Shown here: positions 63,235 through 64,000 of the stretch, one piece after another
Layout of the letters: every line of letters starts with the position of its first letter
Position numbering within the stretch: the stretch's first letter is position 1
Source: an uncultured Acidobacteriota bacterium
GTDB lineage: Bacteria > Acidobacteriota > Thermoanaerobaculia > UBA5066 > Gp7-AA6
Length of the DNA stretch: 64,000 nucleotides
Assembly: GCA_963775725.1 (NCBI GenBank)
Contig: CAVZKA010000001.1
Location: 1,609,468-1,673,467 of the forward strand
Reading direction: 5' to 3'
Program-made: the position numbers and the translations under genes
Notes under the pieces: generated by a model
Databases searched by the model: none
Told to the model about the DNA's origin: nothing
Seen by the model: only the letters and a program-made list of their open reading frames with translations

Positions 63235-64000
63235 ATGAGCGAGAAAGACCCGCTGGTTCCGCACGACGTCGCCGCCGGGCGCGAGCGCTTCGACGCCGCG
63301 GCAGAGAAGGCCCTCTCGAAGTCCCCCGCCTGGAAGAAGGATTGGACGACCGTCTCCGGGGCGCCCGTCGTGCCGCTGGCCGGGCCCGACACGCAGCCGG
63401 GCTTCGACTTCGAGCGCGACCTCGGCTGGCCGGGCGAGTATCCCTACACGCGCGGCGTGCACCCGACCGGGTACCGCGGCAAGCTCTGGACGATGCGCCA
63501 GTTCGCCGGCTATGGCACGGCGAAGCAGACGAACGAGCGTTTCCACTATCTCCTCGACCACGGACAGACGGGGCTCTCGACCGCCTTCCACCTGCCGACG
63601 CTCTACGGCTACGACTCGGACCACTACATGGCGCGCGGAGAGGTCGGCAAGTGTGGCGTCGCGATCGACTCGCTGCGCGACATGGAGGTGCTGTTCGACC
63701 GCATCGACCTCGGCAAGGTGACGACGTCGATGACGATCAACTCGACGGCGCCGATCGCGCTGGCGATGTACCTCGCGGTGGCCGAGAAGCACGGCACGCC
63801 GTGGGAAAAGGTCGGCGGCACGCTCCAGAACGACATCCTCAAGGAATACATTGCCCAGAAGGAGTACATCTTCCCGCCGCGCCCGTCGATGCGGCTCATC
63901 ACGGACCAGTTCTCCTTCTGCGCGAAACACGTGCCCAGGTGGAACACGATCTCCATCTCCGGGTACCACATCCGCGAGGCCGGCTCGACCGCGCTGCAGG
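63235..64000 (+). CDS. B12-dependent acyl-CoA mutase large subunit (methylmalonyl-CoA mutase family), runs off the window
   Basis: PGEYPYTRG...[56 protein letters not shown]. Confidence 0.93.
   Translation, partial: MSEKDPLVPHDVAAGRERFDAAAEKALSKSPAWKKDWTTVSGAPVVPLAGPDTQPGFDFERDLGWPGEYPYTRGVHPTGYRGKLWTMRQFAGYGTAKQTNERFHYLLDHGQTGLSTAFHLPTLYGYDSDHYMARGEVGKCGVAIDSLRDMEVLFDRIDLGKVTTSMTINSTAPIALAMYLAVAEKHGTPWEKVGGTLQNDILKEYIAQKEYIFPPRPSMRLITDQFSFCAKHVPRWNTISISGYHIREAGSTALQ

Overview
High-GC bacterial DNA from a diderm organism (TolC and TonB-like genes). Gene content is compatible with Acidobacteriota such as Thermoanaerobaculia, but that is inference only. From left to right: divergent ligD/ku NHEJ genes plus a MerR-HTH/TPR gene; a CusCBA-type metal efflux operon behind a Cys-rich small ORF; a three-gene asparagine-synthetase-like / RaSEA-like radical SAM / flavin-halogenase-like operon; a ~25 kb cell-surface glycosylation locus (UbiA-family prenyltransferase, GT2, FAD oxidoreductase, GT-C enzymes, DUF2298/YYY, TIGR03663-like, NHL proteins, GT4, methyltransferases); lipA/lipB and a 2-oxoacid dehydrogenase E2; a LiaF-like/LytS/LytTR module; a form II cox (G-S-L-M-D-E-xdhC) cluster; E1 alpha/beta; and the start of a B12-dependent acyl-CoA mutase. 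The most unusual structure is at 16.7-23.1 kb: a tandem array of five secreted proteins with divergent N-termini and a near-constant Cys-containing SLH-type C-terminus, plus three relics of further copies. Its spacers are built from degenerate copies of the 3' end of the upstream gene, the 5' end of the downstream gene, a conserved hairpin and a conserved 56-bp motif. This looks like a recombination-built, variable surface-protein cassette array with no integrase in view. All calls were made by eye; no database searches were run.
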